IMG/VR virus record: IMGVR_UViG_2563367078_000003
Coordinates: 1 to 64,000 of that record
Source of the DNA: a virus
Taxonomy: Duplodnaviria > Caudoviricetes
Strand: one strand, 5' to 3'
DNA length: 64,000 nt
Shown: piece by piece, positions 51,432-61,111 of the stretch
Position numbering within the stretch: position 1 is the first letter of the stretch
Layout: each line of letters opens with the position of its first letter
Program-made: the position numbers and the translations under genes
The notes under the pieces: generated by a model
What the model was told of the DNA's origin: nothing
Database searches by the model: none
What the model saw: the letters and a program-made list of their open reading frames with translations, nothing else

Positions 51432-53104
51432 ATGACCGACACACCCCGCAAGCTCAGCGAGACAATGCGGACCACTCTCGAAGCGCTGCACGGCTGGGAG
51501 AATATCCTGGGACGCGGCACATCGGCCGGGGAAATCGACGCTGCTGGCGGTTCGCGGAGTTGCCTTCGGCGCGCGATCGAAAACGGGTGGGCGATCAGCT
51601 ACGGTAGCAACGAACTCAGGGATGCTCCCGTTTATCGCCGCACCAAAGCCGGGACCGAGCGCCTGCGGCAAGACGGCTGGGAAGAGGTTGATCCGGAGCC
51701 TACCGTGTATGTACGGATTCGCGTCGACGGCGAGTATGTTCGCGAAACGTTGCAGCTCGCGGAGGCATGCACGTCGGTGGAATTCTGCGTCAGGTCGGAC
51801 CAGCACGAGGTGACCGTCGACGGCCGGAATGTGCACGTCCTCGACAAACAAAACGGCGCTGATTGTGACTACGAATTCCCGACCGAGGTGTACGTGCCCG
51901 AAATCGCGAAGGCAGTCGAATGAGGAACGTTGTTCATAAACGCAGCACGGTAGTGCATCTCCCCGTCGAGTCGAACGTCCATTATCCGTGGTGTAAGCGG
52001 GAGGCGTTGAAGACAGGGGTGAACCTCGGGCAGAGGCTGGCGCAATACGAGTGGACGAACAGCATGTGGATCCACTGCCCGATCTGCCGCAAAGAGAGCA
52101 ACAAATAAATACATGCGCAGTATTGCATATCAAAGGAAACAGCGATGAACGCCGGGGAACTCAACGCCACGCACATCGGCCGGACCATTTCTTTCGGAGA
52201 GGTCTCCGAAGAACTGAGACAGATATATCATGAGGGCGACTACCCGCACGGGCTGACTTATGTGTGCGTCGGAGAGGCCGTCCGCGAGTTTCAGCTGTAC
52301 CAAAACGATCCGATCAGAATGGAAGACGCGGTATGACGAACGTCGCCGACATGGCCGAATTCCATTACATCCTCACCTGGCAGTCCCCGGACGGCCGCTT
52401 CAACACAAAGGTGGGTACCGCGACCGCGACCGGCAGTACACGCGAGGAGATATTTCAATATATCGTAGACAGTGTCGGTATCGCACAAGGGGATCGGATT
52501 GCCATTATGTTCTTCAGTCTCGAGCCGAACGACCTTGGCGCGATAATGCACACAAAGGAGTAGTAATGGCGAATTCGGAAGCACGCTACGACGCGGACGG
52601 CAACCGGCTGGTGTGGTCGATCATGGACAATGCGTGGATAAAGCTCACGGACTGGAACGAGATAGAACGTGAACGGCTCGCGCTACGAGAAAAGGATGGC
52701 AAGCGATGAGGCGGCAAAAACTTTTTCCGGTGACGCTGTCGTGCAAGCATGAGATCCTGCTTATGGATGCACCTCGGCTCGGCGCAGTCGTTGCATGTTA
52801 CGAGTGCAGTCGCGGAAGCAAGGTGGTGTTCGTCCGCAAATACACCGGCGATTGCCGCGACTGCACGTACCGCAACCACGAAGGCGACCTTACTCTAGCC
52901 AGCGGCAGGGCGCGGCAACACTGCGAGAAGCGCGGTCATCGTGTGCGGATGTGGTACCCGACGTTGGACGTACCGATCACTCTCATACCCGATCGAGAAT
53001 TTGCGGCATTTCGCAACATTGACACCCGGTGGCGGGCGAGTTCGTGCTCAACGCCTCCAACTGAGCAACTGGGCGAACAGGACGAAAGCACCTCTAACCC
53101 CTGA
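51432..53104 (+). CDS. Rightward run of hypothetical genes (51432-51923, 51920-52108, 52145-52336, 52333-52563, 52566-52709, 52706-53104)
   Basis: Coupled stop/starts. Confidence 0.6.
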
Positions 53105-53399
53105 TCGGGTTGCCTTGGGCGCGGATGGCGGCGTCTTGTACGCCTGGGACGGCGCTGCCTGCATATCGCGGATGTATTTGCCCCACATGATCTTTCTCCC
53201 CTCAGTGGAGGTTTCAACCTCCGGAACCCTGGGTACGCTAAAGCTCCTCTTCAGGCAGCGTCAAGGGGTCTTTAGTCCCTACATGGAGAGATAACGCTTC
53301 GATGAAGATCCAGACAACCGTCAGCAACGGACGTAACGTCACGACACATCAGGCCGCTACGTCCGTAGACATCAGTACCGAGTCGAGAGATAGCGAACC

Positions 53400-53876
53400 G
53401 TGAAGCACATCATCGCCGCAGCCGCAGTCGCCGCAATCCCCCTGGTTCTCGCCGGTTGTGGCAGCAGCGGCTCCTCCCAGACCGTCACCATCAAACCGGC
53501 CGACGCCACCGCCGCACCGCTCAGCGACATCGCCGTCAGCCCTATCGGCGGCACGCTTACCGTCACTGTTCCGCAGGGCGCGGCCGAGTACACCGTCTCC
53601 AATCCCCGCGTCGTCGACGGCAAGACCCGGATCGACGTCACGGTGACGGATCGGCAAGGAGGACTGTCCCCCGGCGAGTTCGACGGCATGGACGGATCCG
53701 GCACCAAGGTCCAGCAATCCGACGACTACGGCTCCGGCGCGCTCGACGAATCCGGGTTCATGGTGCCACGCGAGGTGCGCAAAGGGTGGGTGGACATCCC
53801 GCTCACCGGAATCAAATCGCTATATCTGACGAACAACGAAGTCGCAAAGGTTGCAGCGCAATGGAATATCCCGTAG
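53400..53876 (+). CDS. Lipoprotein
   Basis: Lipobox LAGC. Confidence 0.75.
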   Translation: MKHIIAAAAVAAIPLVLAGCGSSGSSQTVTIKPADATAAPLSDIAVSPIGGTLTVTVPQGAAEYTVSNPRVVDGKTRIDVTVTDRQGGLSPGEFDGMDGSGTKVQQSDDYGSGALDESGFMVPREVRKGWVDIPLTGIKSLYLTNNEVAKVAAQWNIP

Positions 53877-54667
53877 CCAAGAGGACGACCGCACTACACC
53901 GCGACCGCACCCCCGGCATTCTCCTGGACATCGTCTGGACCGCGTACGACAAAGTCAGGGCCGTGGATCCCAAGACCGGCGCGGTGGTCGCTATCGCGGG
54001 GGTCGTGAAGGAAGAGGGCTGGGGCGAGGATCGCGTCGTGACGTGGGGGTTGATGCTTCCGGACTACCGCAGAACCTACACCGAAGTCGATGGTGAGGAC
54101 TTGATTCAATCCCTGCGCAAACTGGTGGGAACCTACGAGCGGGCGGCAGCCTAACTGAATGAAGAGTTAGCGATAGGAAATAGCAATGGCTAGCGTTACT
54201 GTAGGAATGAATGAAAAATGGGTTGCTGACCTGGCGAAGGCTGCTTGGGAGTGCGGCGCTGATTTCGATGGAATAGCCGACCCGATGTTCAGCTGGGATA
54301 GGCTGCCCGGCGACGTCAAGCTCGGGATGGTTACAGAAGTTTGCGCGGTATTGAAAGAGCTGGCGCGGCAGGGGCGTCTTCGAGAGCCGGTGGAAGCGTG
54401 AGTAGCCCCGACTTTCCGGGCGTCGCGTGGACGTTGCAAGACCGAATGGACGAGGGCGACTTCGAATTGTTCGCCGTCGAGTATCAAGGACAGACCCACA
54501 TCTTCGACGACCCTGGTGCCAGGAAGTTATGGATCGACGAAGAGATCGAGAAGGGCGCAAAGCGAGAGGACTTCGAATCGTGGGAGGAGTAGTCGGCCTC
54601 CTGTAGCAAATCCATCTAAGTTTCGAAGACTTAGACCAAAAAGTGAACACCGAGTTAGGAGTTAGCA

Positions 54668-55306
54668 GTGAGCAAGGTATTTCCCGAGCGGTACCCGGAC
54701 GAGGTCAGGCAGAAGGCCGTGGACCTGATGAAGAAGTCCGCCAAGGAGGGCATGACTATCACCGAAGCGTCGCAAACTGTGTCGGGAAAGTTCCCGGACG
54801 GCCCGGATTCGACAACGATACTCGGATGGGCGAAAAAGGCTGGCATCGGATTCGTGAGCGGGCAGCGCCGTTACTCCGAAGAGGATCGGGCGAAGTTCGT
54901 TGCCCGCGTGGATGAACTCCTCGCAGAAGGGGTGTCGGTCCGTTCGGCGTGTCGGCAAGCGGCGGAGTCCTCTGACGGCCCATCCACCGAATCGATCCAC
55001 AATTGGTACAAGGAAGCGAAGGCTGTCGAGGCCGAGGACATCCCGGAGCCGCCGAAGAAGGTCGTCGACAAGCAGCCGAAGCGGCGGGATGATGGTCTCG
55101 AGCAGCGGGTCGCTGACCTTGAAATCAAGAACCTGGAGTCCATTCAGCGGATCGCCGACCTCGAAGCGGAGAACGCGGCAACTCTCCGAAAGTACGACGA
55201 CGCGACGCACCAGATCGCCGACCTCGAAGCGAAGCACAAGCGCCTGAAAGAAAAGTACGACCTGCTCAAACCGATCGCCGCTCACATGTTCCTCGAAGAG
55301 AACTAG
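54668..55306 (+). CDS. Double HTH (IS3 OrfA-like) + coiled-coil protein
   Basis: Two RY..E.R...V....GP....I..W.K repeats; IADLE heptads. Confidence 0.75.
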   Translation: MSKVFPERYPDEVRQKAVDLMKKSAKEGMTITEASQTVSGKFPDGPDSTTILGWAKKAGIGFVSGQRRYSEEDRAKFVARVDELLAEGVSVRSACRQAAESSDGPSTESIHNWYKEAKAVEAEDIPEPPKKVVDKQPKRRDDGLEQRVADLEIKNLESIQRIADLEAENAATLRKYDDATHQIADLEAKHKRLKEKYDLLKPIAAHMFLEEN

Positions 55307-55335
55307 CTCGTCCACCACTACCGAAAGGATTGCCG

Positions 55336-55836
55336 ATGGCTACGCAGTTCGAGATCGATCAGAAGAACGACAAGTGGCGGGCGTGGCTAGCGGACATGGA
55401 TGCTGAGATCGACGTGCTGCTGCGGGAGGTGCCCGGCATGCCGGAGAATCCGTGGTCGCTGGAGGGGTTGCGGCACGTCGAACAATTCATCCTCAGGCGG
55501 TTCCCGTCGCTGGACGACGTCAGTAAGAACCCCGAGAACTGGCCGCTGGCGGATCGGCTGGCGCGGTTCATCGGCGAGGTATTCCACAGGCTGTTCGAAG
55601 GCAAGTGGGAAAACCATCCCGAGGAGTACACCACGATCGAGCGGTATCCAGATTTCGGACCGGCGATAACCAACGAGTGGACCGACGTGCCGCTAGATGT
55701 AGGAAATGACATCACGATAATCATTCACCGGCAACGCGGCGAGCATTTGTCGCTGATTTATCGCCATCGGGTTGAGGATTACGCTAAATGGGTGGAATCG
55801 GGTCGGCCACCTCGCATCGAATACCTGCTCACATAA
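55336..55836 (+). CDS. Putative immunity protein
   Basis: W...M....S.E.L..VE..IL..F......D..A.FIGEV......G.W pattern; directly upstream of REase gene. Confidence 0.55.
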   Translation: MATQFEIDQKNDKWRAWLADMDAEIDVLLREVPGMPENPWSLEGLRHVEQFILRRFPSLDDVSKNPENWPLADRLARFIGEVFHRLFEGKWENHPEEYTTIERYPDFGPAITNEWTDVPLDVGNDITIIIHRQRGEHLSLIYRHRVEDYAKWVESGRPPRIEYLLT

Positions 55837-55863
55837 CAGAAAAATTCAGCCCCGGGGAAGACG

Positions 55864-57036
55864 ATGGAATGGAACAACGAACTCGAAGCGCAGTATCAAC
55901 GCTACGCTGACGGTAAGTGGCGCAAAGATGGTCATGCTCGCGCGATGTGGAGGCGGCGTGCGGATTGGCTCGAAGCGCGCCAAAGGTGGCAGAAATCCAA
56001 AGATGTCGGAGATCGGTTCCGCGATGGAATGTTGGCGATTCGCGGTCACACACCTGAACGGGGATACCGGAAAGAGCAGCACCTCCGGACCAACGAAGGT
56101 TCTCGATTTCACGACGTTAGACATGCCGAGACCGGTGACGCTTTCGAGTACAAGTCGGGTGCTCTCGATTCTCGAAAATCCATGCCGCAGCTGCAAAAAG
56201 ATGAACGGCACCTGGCGGCCGATAGGTCGGTCGAGTGGGTCATCGTCGAAGGCGCTCGGATCGACAAAGATGTCAAGGCGAAAATCAAAGAGCTGAAAGA
56301 GCGTTACCCGGAGAATTTCCGCGTCGTGCAGGTCACGAAGGAACAGCTCCGAATGGCGCTCACCGTTGCAAAGCATCTGGAAAAGGCGAAGGAAAAGGCG
56401 GCACGGGCAGCACAGAAGGAGGCGCGGGAAGCCGCCGAGCGGGAACGCAAACGCCTTGCACCGAAGCGATTGGTCGAGAAGACGAAAGATCTGACGCGTG
56501 TAGTGGAGGTCAATCGCCAGGCAATCAAGCAGGCCGAGAAGGACGGAAAGGTCTTTCCGGCTCGCGAGCTGACCGAGTCGCACAAGGATGTTCGCCGGTC
56601 GCTGCGCAAGGTCAACAAAGAGGGGCGGAGGCAGGCGCACGAGCTTGTTGCCGGACTGGGGTTGAGCGAGAAGCAATCGCGGGAGATGGAGGCGTATCTC
56701 GCCGAACGCCGCGCCGCGAAGCTGGAGCCGACCGCCCAGGGTGTTCGGGAGATCGGCGCGGCAGCTCGCGCCCGTGAGGCGGAGGAACGAGAGATCGCGG
56801 CGGCGCAGAAGGAGGCTCGAGAGAAGGAGGCTCGGGATCGTCAATGGCGGGAGGAGCAGGCACGGGCGAAAGAGGCGCGAGAGCGGGCAGGGATCAATAT
56901 CCCGGGGATGGAAGCCGTCCTGGGGGGTGGGAGCGTGGCACCATCGCAGGAACTAGCCCGAGGGTCGACCGAATTGCGCCCTCAGAGCCGGAGTCCGGAA
57001 CGGGACAGTCGCGGCCTGAGCAGAGAACGGGACTGA
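55864..57036 (+). CDS. REase-fold (PD-(D/E)XK) nuclease/toxin-like protein with charged helical tail
   Basis: E......G.RFHD......EYKSG......QL.KD..L; tail ends RGLSRERD. Confidence 0.65.
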   Translation: MEWNNELEAQYQRYADGKWRKDGHARAMWRRRADWLEARQRWQKSKDVGDRFRDGMLAIRGHTPERGYRKEQHLRTNEGSRFHDVRHAETGDAFEYKSGALDSRKSMPQLQKDERHLAADRSVEWVIVEGARIDKDVKAKIKELKERYPENFRVVQVTKEQLRMALTVAKHLEKAKEKAARAAQKEAREAAERERKRLAPKRLVEKTKDLTRVVEVNRQAIKQAEKDGKVFPARELTESHKDVRRSLRKVNKEGRRQAHELVAGLGLSEKQSREMEAYLAERRAAKLEPTAQGVREIGAAARAREAEEREIAAAQKEAREKEARDRQWREEQARAKEARERAGINIPGMEAVLGGGSVAPSQELARGSTELRPQSRSPERDSRGLSRERD

Positions 57037-57041
57037 AACGC

Positions 57042-57085
57042 AAAAAGACCCCCAGCTCCAGTTGGTAACTGAAACCGGGGGTCTT
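57042..57085 (-). terminator. Terminator of late operon (possibly bidirectional)
   Basis: AAGACCCCC/GGGGGTCTT stem with A-run on plus strand. Confidence 0.65.
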
Positions 57086-57176
57086 GCAGGGAAGGGCCCG
57101 TAGCAGCGGACCGGCTTCTTTCTGCGGTTTGCTTCGACCATCGCCAAGCTATCAAAGATGTTGCGGCGCGGTCAAA

Positions 57177-57569
57177 TCAGCCGATTGACGCTTCGACGCT
57201 GTAGGTGAAGCTGGGCGTGGTGCCGCCGATGACGCTGCGGGTGCGGATGAACTCCGGGGTGACGAACGCGGCGCGGCTGGTGCCGGTGGTCGTGATGTTC
57301 GTCGGAGCGGTTGCCGTGGTGCCGACCGAGTAGCCGCCGGAGCCGATCACCCCGAGCTGGAACCAGTTGGTCTCGTCGTCCGAGCCTTCGACAACGATGG
57401 TCATGGTCGGGGTAGTGCCGGACGCGGCGGTGACCTTAACGACGATGCTCGTCATGCCGGGGCCGCCCGGGTGGGCAACGTTGTGGGTCGTGGAAGCGGT
57501 CTCGGCCGCCGACGCCTTGAATTCGAAGTGGTCGCCGCGCTGGACGCCGGTAGAGCCTGCAAAGGCCAT
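57177..57569 (-). CDS. Hypothetical beta-rich protein
   Basis: VTAASGTTPT...VEGS.D..W; GGTTPSFT. Confidence 0.7.
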   Translation of the reverse strand: MAFAGSTGVQRGDHFEFKASAAETASTTHNVAHPGGPGMTSIVVKVTAASGTTPTMTIVVEGSDDETNWFQLGVIGSGGYSVGTTATAPTNITTTGTSRAAFVTPEFIRTRSVIGGTTPSFTYSVEASIG

Positions 57570-57571
57570 GA

Positions 57572-58099
57572 TTACCTCTTGTGGTTGAGAATGTGTTGGT
57601 GTGTGGCGTCCAGGCGCGAGCGCGCTTCAGCGGCCACGTACGGGTTCCGGACGACGGTGAGTGAGTTGTCCTGGGTCGTCTCGCCGGATGTGCTCCAGTT
57701 GGTCGAGCCGCCGATCACGTCCAGGCCGTCGACGACCACCATCTTGAGATGGACGATGTTGCCTCGCTCGCTTTTGCCGATCGCAATTGAGCTGGCGGGG
57801 AACACATCTCGCGCCAGGATGGTTTGTTCGTGCTTCCCGGCGGCTTGGCGGGAGTCGAGAGTCAGCTGAACGAACACGTGCTCGTCGTTGATCTTCTCGA
57901 GCAGCAGGTCCGCCAGCTCGTCGTCGTCGAACCCGAACATGCTGACCACCAGCGAATGACTCGCGGATTTGATCATCGATACCAGGACGCCGTGGATGTT
58001 GTCGACGGGCGCGTAGAAGGTCCGCTGGTCGGCGGGATAGCCTGCCGGGATCGGAGTCCGTTTGAAGCTGTCCAGCGCCGACAAGTCAGTCAGTGCCAT
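57572..58099 (-). CDS. Phospholipase D-like (single HKD) protein
   Basis: HLKMVVVD......GSTNWS.......N. Confidence 0.88.
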   Translation of the reverse strand: MALTDLSALDSFKRTPIPAGYPADQRTFYAPVDNIHGVLVSMIKSASHSLVVSMFGFDDDELADLLLEKINDEHVFVQLTLDSRQAAGKHEQTILARDVFPASSIAIGKSERGNIVHLKMVVVDGLDVIGGSTNWSTSGETTQDNSLTVVRNPYVAAEARSRLDATHQHILNHKR

Positions 58100-58346
58100 T
58101 GGTTTTCTTTCGGTCAGGGGTGAAATCCGTTCCGTGCCAGCGGTATAGCGCGCGGATGTAGATGCAGGTGAGGGCCACCGACAAGGCGATCGTTCCGGGC
58201 TGGCCGGTGACAATCCCGTCGATGACCCACACCGATTGCGCGGCGATGCCGAACAGCCATCCTTTACGCGGGTTGTGCGACGATATCCAGCATTGAATGA
58301 TGCTGACCGCAGCGGTGATCCACGACCAGGCGGCCAATGCGGTCAT
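58086..58346 (-). CDS. Small PnuC-like membrane protein
   Basis: Three hydrophobic segments, GW..G...Q..W. Confidence 0.65.
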   Translation of the reverse strand: MTALAAWSWITAAVSIIQCWISSHNPRKGWLFGIAAQSVWVIDGIVTGQPGTIALSVALTCIYIRALYRWHGTDFTPDRKKTNGTD

Positions 58347-58642
58347 CCGATGAACAGTTCCGGCGGCGCGGGGAAATTCGGATCGACTTCGAGTGCGGCT
58401 TTGTGCGCCTTCAAATCCCACGACTGGTGGGGATACAGCGCCTTTTTGAATTCTCGGACGTCACTTTCGAGCTGGTCGCACCGCGCGGTCACACTCGATA
58501 CCTGTGCCAGCGCATTTCGAGCCAGCTCGCTTGCCGTGTCGGCTTTGGTCTTTTTCCGATTAGCCCACGCCATGACGAGTGCTTGCAGCAAAGACCCTCC
58601 GGCGACAAGCGACAGAATAAGGTTTTCCAGGCCGACGCTCAT
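58343..58642 (-). CDS. Membrane/coiled-coil lysis-cassette protein
   Basis: N-terminal TM, coiled coil, PAPP tail. Confidence 0.65.
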   Translation of the reverse strand: MSVGLENLILSLVAGGSLLQALVMAWANRKKTKADTASELARNALAQVSSVTARCDQLESDVREFKKALYPHQSWDLKAHKAALEVDPNFPAPPELFIG

Positions 58643-58644
58643 GA

Positions 58645-58872
58645 TTACTTCCTCGCGGTCAGCTTCGCGACAGGGGTAACCTGCGAACGAATCAGCTCGG
58701 TAGCCGGGACACCCAGCACGATAGCGATCAGAGCGTCGATAGCGGCGGTGTCGGAGATTCCGAACTTCGCGAATACCACCGCGACAATACCGACGATAAT
58801 GGTGTACAGCACCGAACGAACCGGGTTCATCGCCCAGAGGTTCTTCAGGTAGCTGCCTATTGCTTTGAGCAT
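58645..58872 (-). CDS. Putative holin
   Basis: Two TM, NPV start and RSQVTPV end, follows lysins. Confidence 0.75.
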   Translation of the reverse strand: MLKAIGSYLKNLWAMNPVRSVLYTIIVGIVAVVFAKFGISDTAAIDALIAIVLGVPATELIRSQVTPVAKLTARK

Positions 58873-58894
58873 TGCTGCCCTTTCTATTCAGTTG

Positions 58895-59650
58895 TTACAG
58901 CGCGGCGAGGTCACGCAGGAGGGCGGCCTTGTCGAAGTGCTCGGGGCTCTCGCCGTTGTGCAGGTATTCGTCACTGACGTAAGCGATTGCACGCATCGAC
59001 TGCTGCACGTAGAACGCCCAGGTCATCTTCTGCAGCTTGCCCCACGTCACGACCACGAAATAACCGTTGCGCCGAGCGACGACCGGGACGTAATGGCCGC
59101 CCATGACATCGCCGCCGAGGCGGAAACTCCACGGCTTGCCTGCGGCGAACTGCTCCTGCGCGATGTCCGTCACAGTGATGCCGATGCCAACCGCACCGAA
59201 AAGGTAAGTGGCAGCGGCCAATTCGTTGAGGTTGCCGGGCTCCAGCTCGAGATACGCCGCGATCTTGTGACGGTTACCGGCCGCGTCGATCATGCCGGTG
59301 TTCTTCCGATACTCCGCCGCCGTCGCCATGTCGGTGCCCTGGTCGGAGGTCGGGTCCGCCGGGTTGAAGCCGGTGATCGCCGAGTAGTCCGCCAGCGCGG
59401 TTTCGGTAGTGAATTCCGGAATCGGGTTGCCCGCCGCTGCATTCCAGAGCATCGCTTCGTGGTCGCTACCCGCGATGACGCAGTCGCCGACCTCGTCGTT
59501 GCCCAGCATGCCCCAGTCGGCGATCAGCTGTTCGTGGCCGAAGCTGCCGGGGATCTTGGGGAGTGCGGAGGTCTTCAGATAGCTCCCCAGCTTCAGCGGA
59601 AACGCCTCGTCGGGGGAATCATTGAGACCGAGCTTGTATTCAGTTGTCAC
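58895..59650 (-). CDS. Papain-fold cysteine peptidase, probable second endolysin component
   Basis: GND..GDC..A (Cys), DQG, GGH.V (His), TWG. Confidence 0.75.
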   Translation of the reverse strand: MTTEYKLGLNDSPDEAFPLKLGSYLKTSALPKIPGSFGHEQLIADWGMLGNDEVGDCVIAGSDHEAMLWNAAAGNPIPEFTTETALADYSAITGFNPADPTSDQGTDMATAAEYRKNTGMIDAAGNRHKIAAYLELEPGNLNELAAATYLFGAVGIGITVTDIAQEQFAAGKPWSFRLGGDVMGGHYVPVVARRNGYFVVVTWGKLQKMTWAFYVQQSMRAIAYVSDEYLHNGESPEHFDKAALLRDLAAL

Positions 59651-59665
59651 GTAAGGTCTTTCGAG

Positions 59666-60625
59666 TTAGGAGTGGGCCGGAGGAGTGGGCGGCTGGTATC
59701 CCGGCATTCCGAGCTTCTGGCCGATCTCGGCGAGCGCGTCGACGACCGTGCGTCCGTTCAGCTGCGGCCATCCGCCGTATTGGTGATTCGGGCCGCTGAG
59801 CTGGTCGCGGACCTCGCCAATAGCGTCGACCGGAGTCAGGCCGCCCAGCTGGGTCCAACCCGCGCCGTTGATGCCGCGCAGCTGATCCCAGATCTCTTGG
59901 AGCATCTGAGCCTGTGCAGGTGTCATATCTGTTTCTCCAATTCCGCAGGCGGCAGCGAAATCGCTGGGGGAAAGACCGTCTGCTGAGTTCATGTCGCAAA
60001 AGCCGAAAGGCGGGCACCACGTCGGCAGAGAACCGCCGAGCAAGGCTGCCAGTTTGTTGTCGGCGTGGTTGTGCAGTATTCGCTTATACGCGCTGGAATA
60101 GACGCCGTCCGTGAATTGGTGCGCGATCTGGCCGGGTAAATTCGGGTTCGTTCCGTATCCCGCGCCGACCATGCGAAGTCCATCCGGCCGGGTGCGCCAC
60201 ATCGAGTAGAAGTCGTTGGCGTTGGCGTAGCCGATTACTCTGCGAGTGCCGATATCATTGGTAGTGCCGAGCCAGTCCGTCCACTGCCAGTACATTTTGT
60301 TGACGCCATCCGATTGATCGCCGCCGGGATTTCCACCGGATTCGAGGTCGATCATCATCACCAACTTGGGATGTGGACCGCCCTGGGCTTCGATCATGTT
60401 TATCGCGGTCTGCCCGGTCGCCTGCCAGTTGGAGCGCCAGAACGAATACACGATGAAACAGCTGAGTTTCCCGGATTCGACGGCGTTGACGGCCCATCGG
60501 TAGTTCTGCGCGAAATTCGGATCTTCGTAGACGCCGTCGTTCGCACGGAAGCAGAAGATTTGATAGGGGTAGGTGTCGTCTACCGGGATTTGCCATGAGC
60601 TGACGTCGGCGTACAAAGAGTCCAC
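59666..60625 (-). CDS. Endolysin (GH25-like glycosidase + actinophage LysA C-terminal repeats)
   Basis: ADVSSWQ, D.F..N, MIDLES, AHQFTDG, DMNSADG; two GW.QL.G.T.VDA repeats; AGGAGG RBS. Confidence 0.88.
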   Translation of the reverse strand: MDSLYADVSSWQIPVDDTYPYQIFCFRANDGVYEDPNFAQNYRWAVNAVESGKLSCFIVYSFWRSNWQATGQTAINMIEAQGGPHPKLVMMIDLESGGNPGGDQSDGVNKMYWQWTDWLGTTNDIGTRRVIGYANANDFYSMWRTRPDGLRMVGAGYGTNPNLPGQIAHQFTDGVYSSAYKRILHNHADNKLAALLGGSLPTWCPPFGFCDMNSADGLSPSDFAAACGIGETDMTPAQAQMLQEIWDQLRGINGAGWTQLGGLTPVDAIGEVRDQLSGPNHQYGGWPQLNGRTVVDALAEIGQKLGMPGYQPPTPPAHS

Positions 60626-60636
60626 AACGATGCCTC

Positions 60637-61062
60637 CTATTGTGTTAAAACGCCCAGCAGAGTCGTCGCCGCCAGAACTGCGGTGAGGACTCCGTAGGTT
60701 TCGATCACGACCCGCAGCCACGAACTACCGGGCGTATGACGAGCCCAGGTGATGCCAGCGGCGACGACCGCGACCATGACCAGCGCCAGCGCGATAGCTG
60801 GAATCCCGGTCAGGAACAGGTACGGGAATGCGGGGATGAGCGCGCCGACTCCGGAGGCAATTCCGATCGCCGCCGGAGTCGCGAAACTTCCACTGTCGGA
60901 AAGCCATTCGCCGCAGCCCATGCCGATCACTTCCGCGATAGCCAGGCCGATTGCGGCGAGCAGGATCGCGGAGGGATGGTTGTGCAGCGACATGAGAACG
61001 CCTGTGCCGCAGGTCAATCCGTCGACGAGACCGAAGATCACCGCACTTTTCAAGATTTTCAT
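60637..61062 (-). CDS. VIT1/CCC1-family membrane protein
   Basis: IFG..DGL....G; A....M..GEWLS; G.LIP..PY. Confidence 0.8.
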   Translation of the reverse strand: MKILKSAVIFGLVDGLTCGTGVLMSLHNHPSAILLAAIGLAIAEVIGMGCGEWLSDSGSFATPAAIGIASGVGALIPAFPYLFLTGIPAIALALVMVAVVAAGITWARHTPGSSWLRVVIETYGVLTAVLAATTLLGVLTQ

Positions 61063-61111
61063 TTATGTTTCGAATCGTTCGATGCTAAAGCCGATATGAT
61101 AAAATCGACAT

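Noticed and set aside
54668-55306. IS3-family insertion sequence
   Set aside because: Only OrfA-like HTH repeats; no DDE OrfB, frameshift site or terminal inverted repeats
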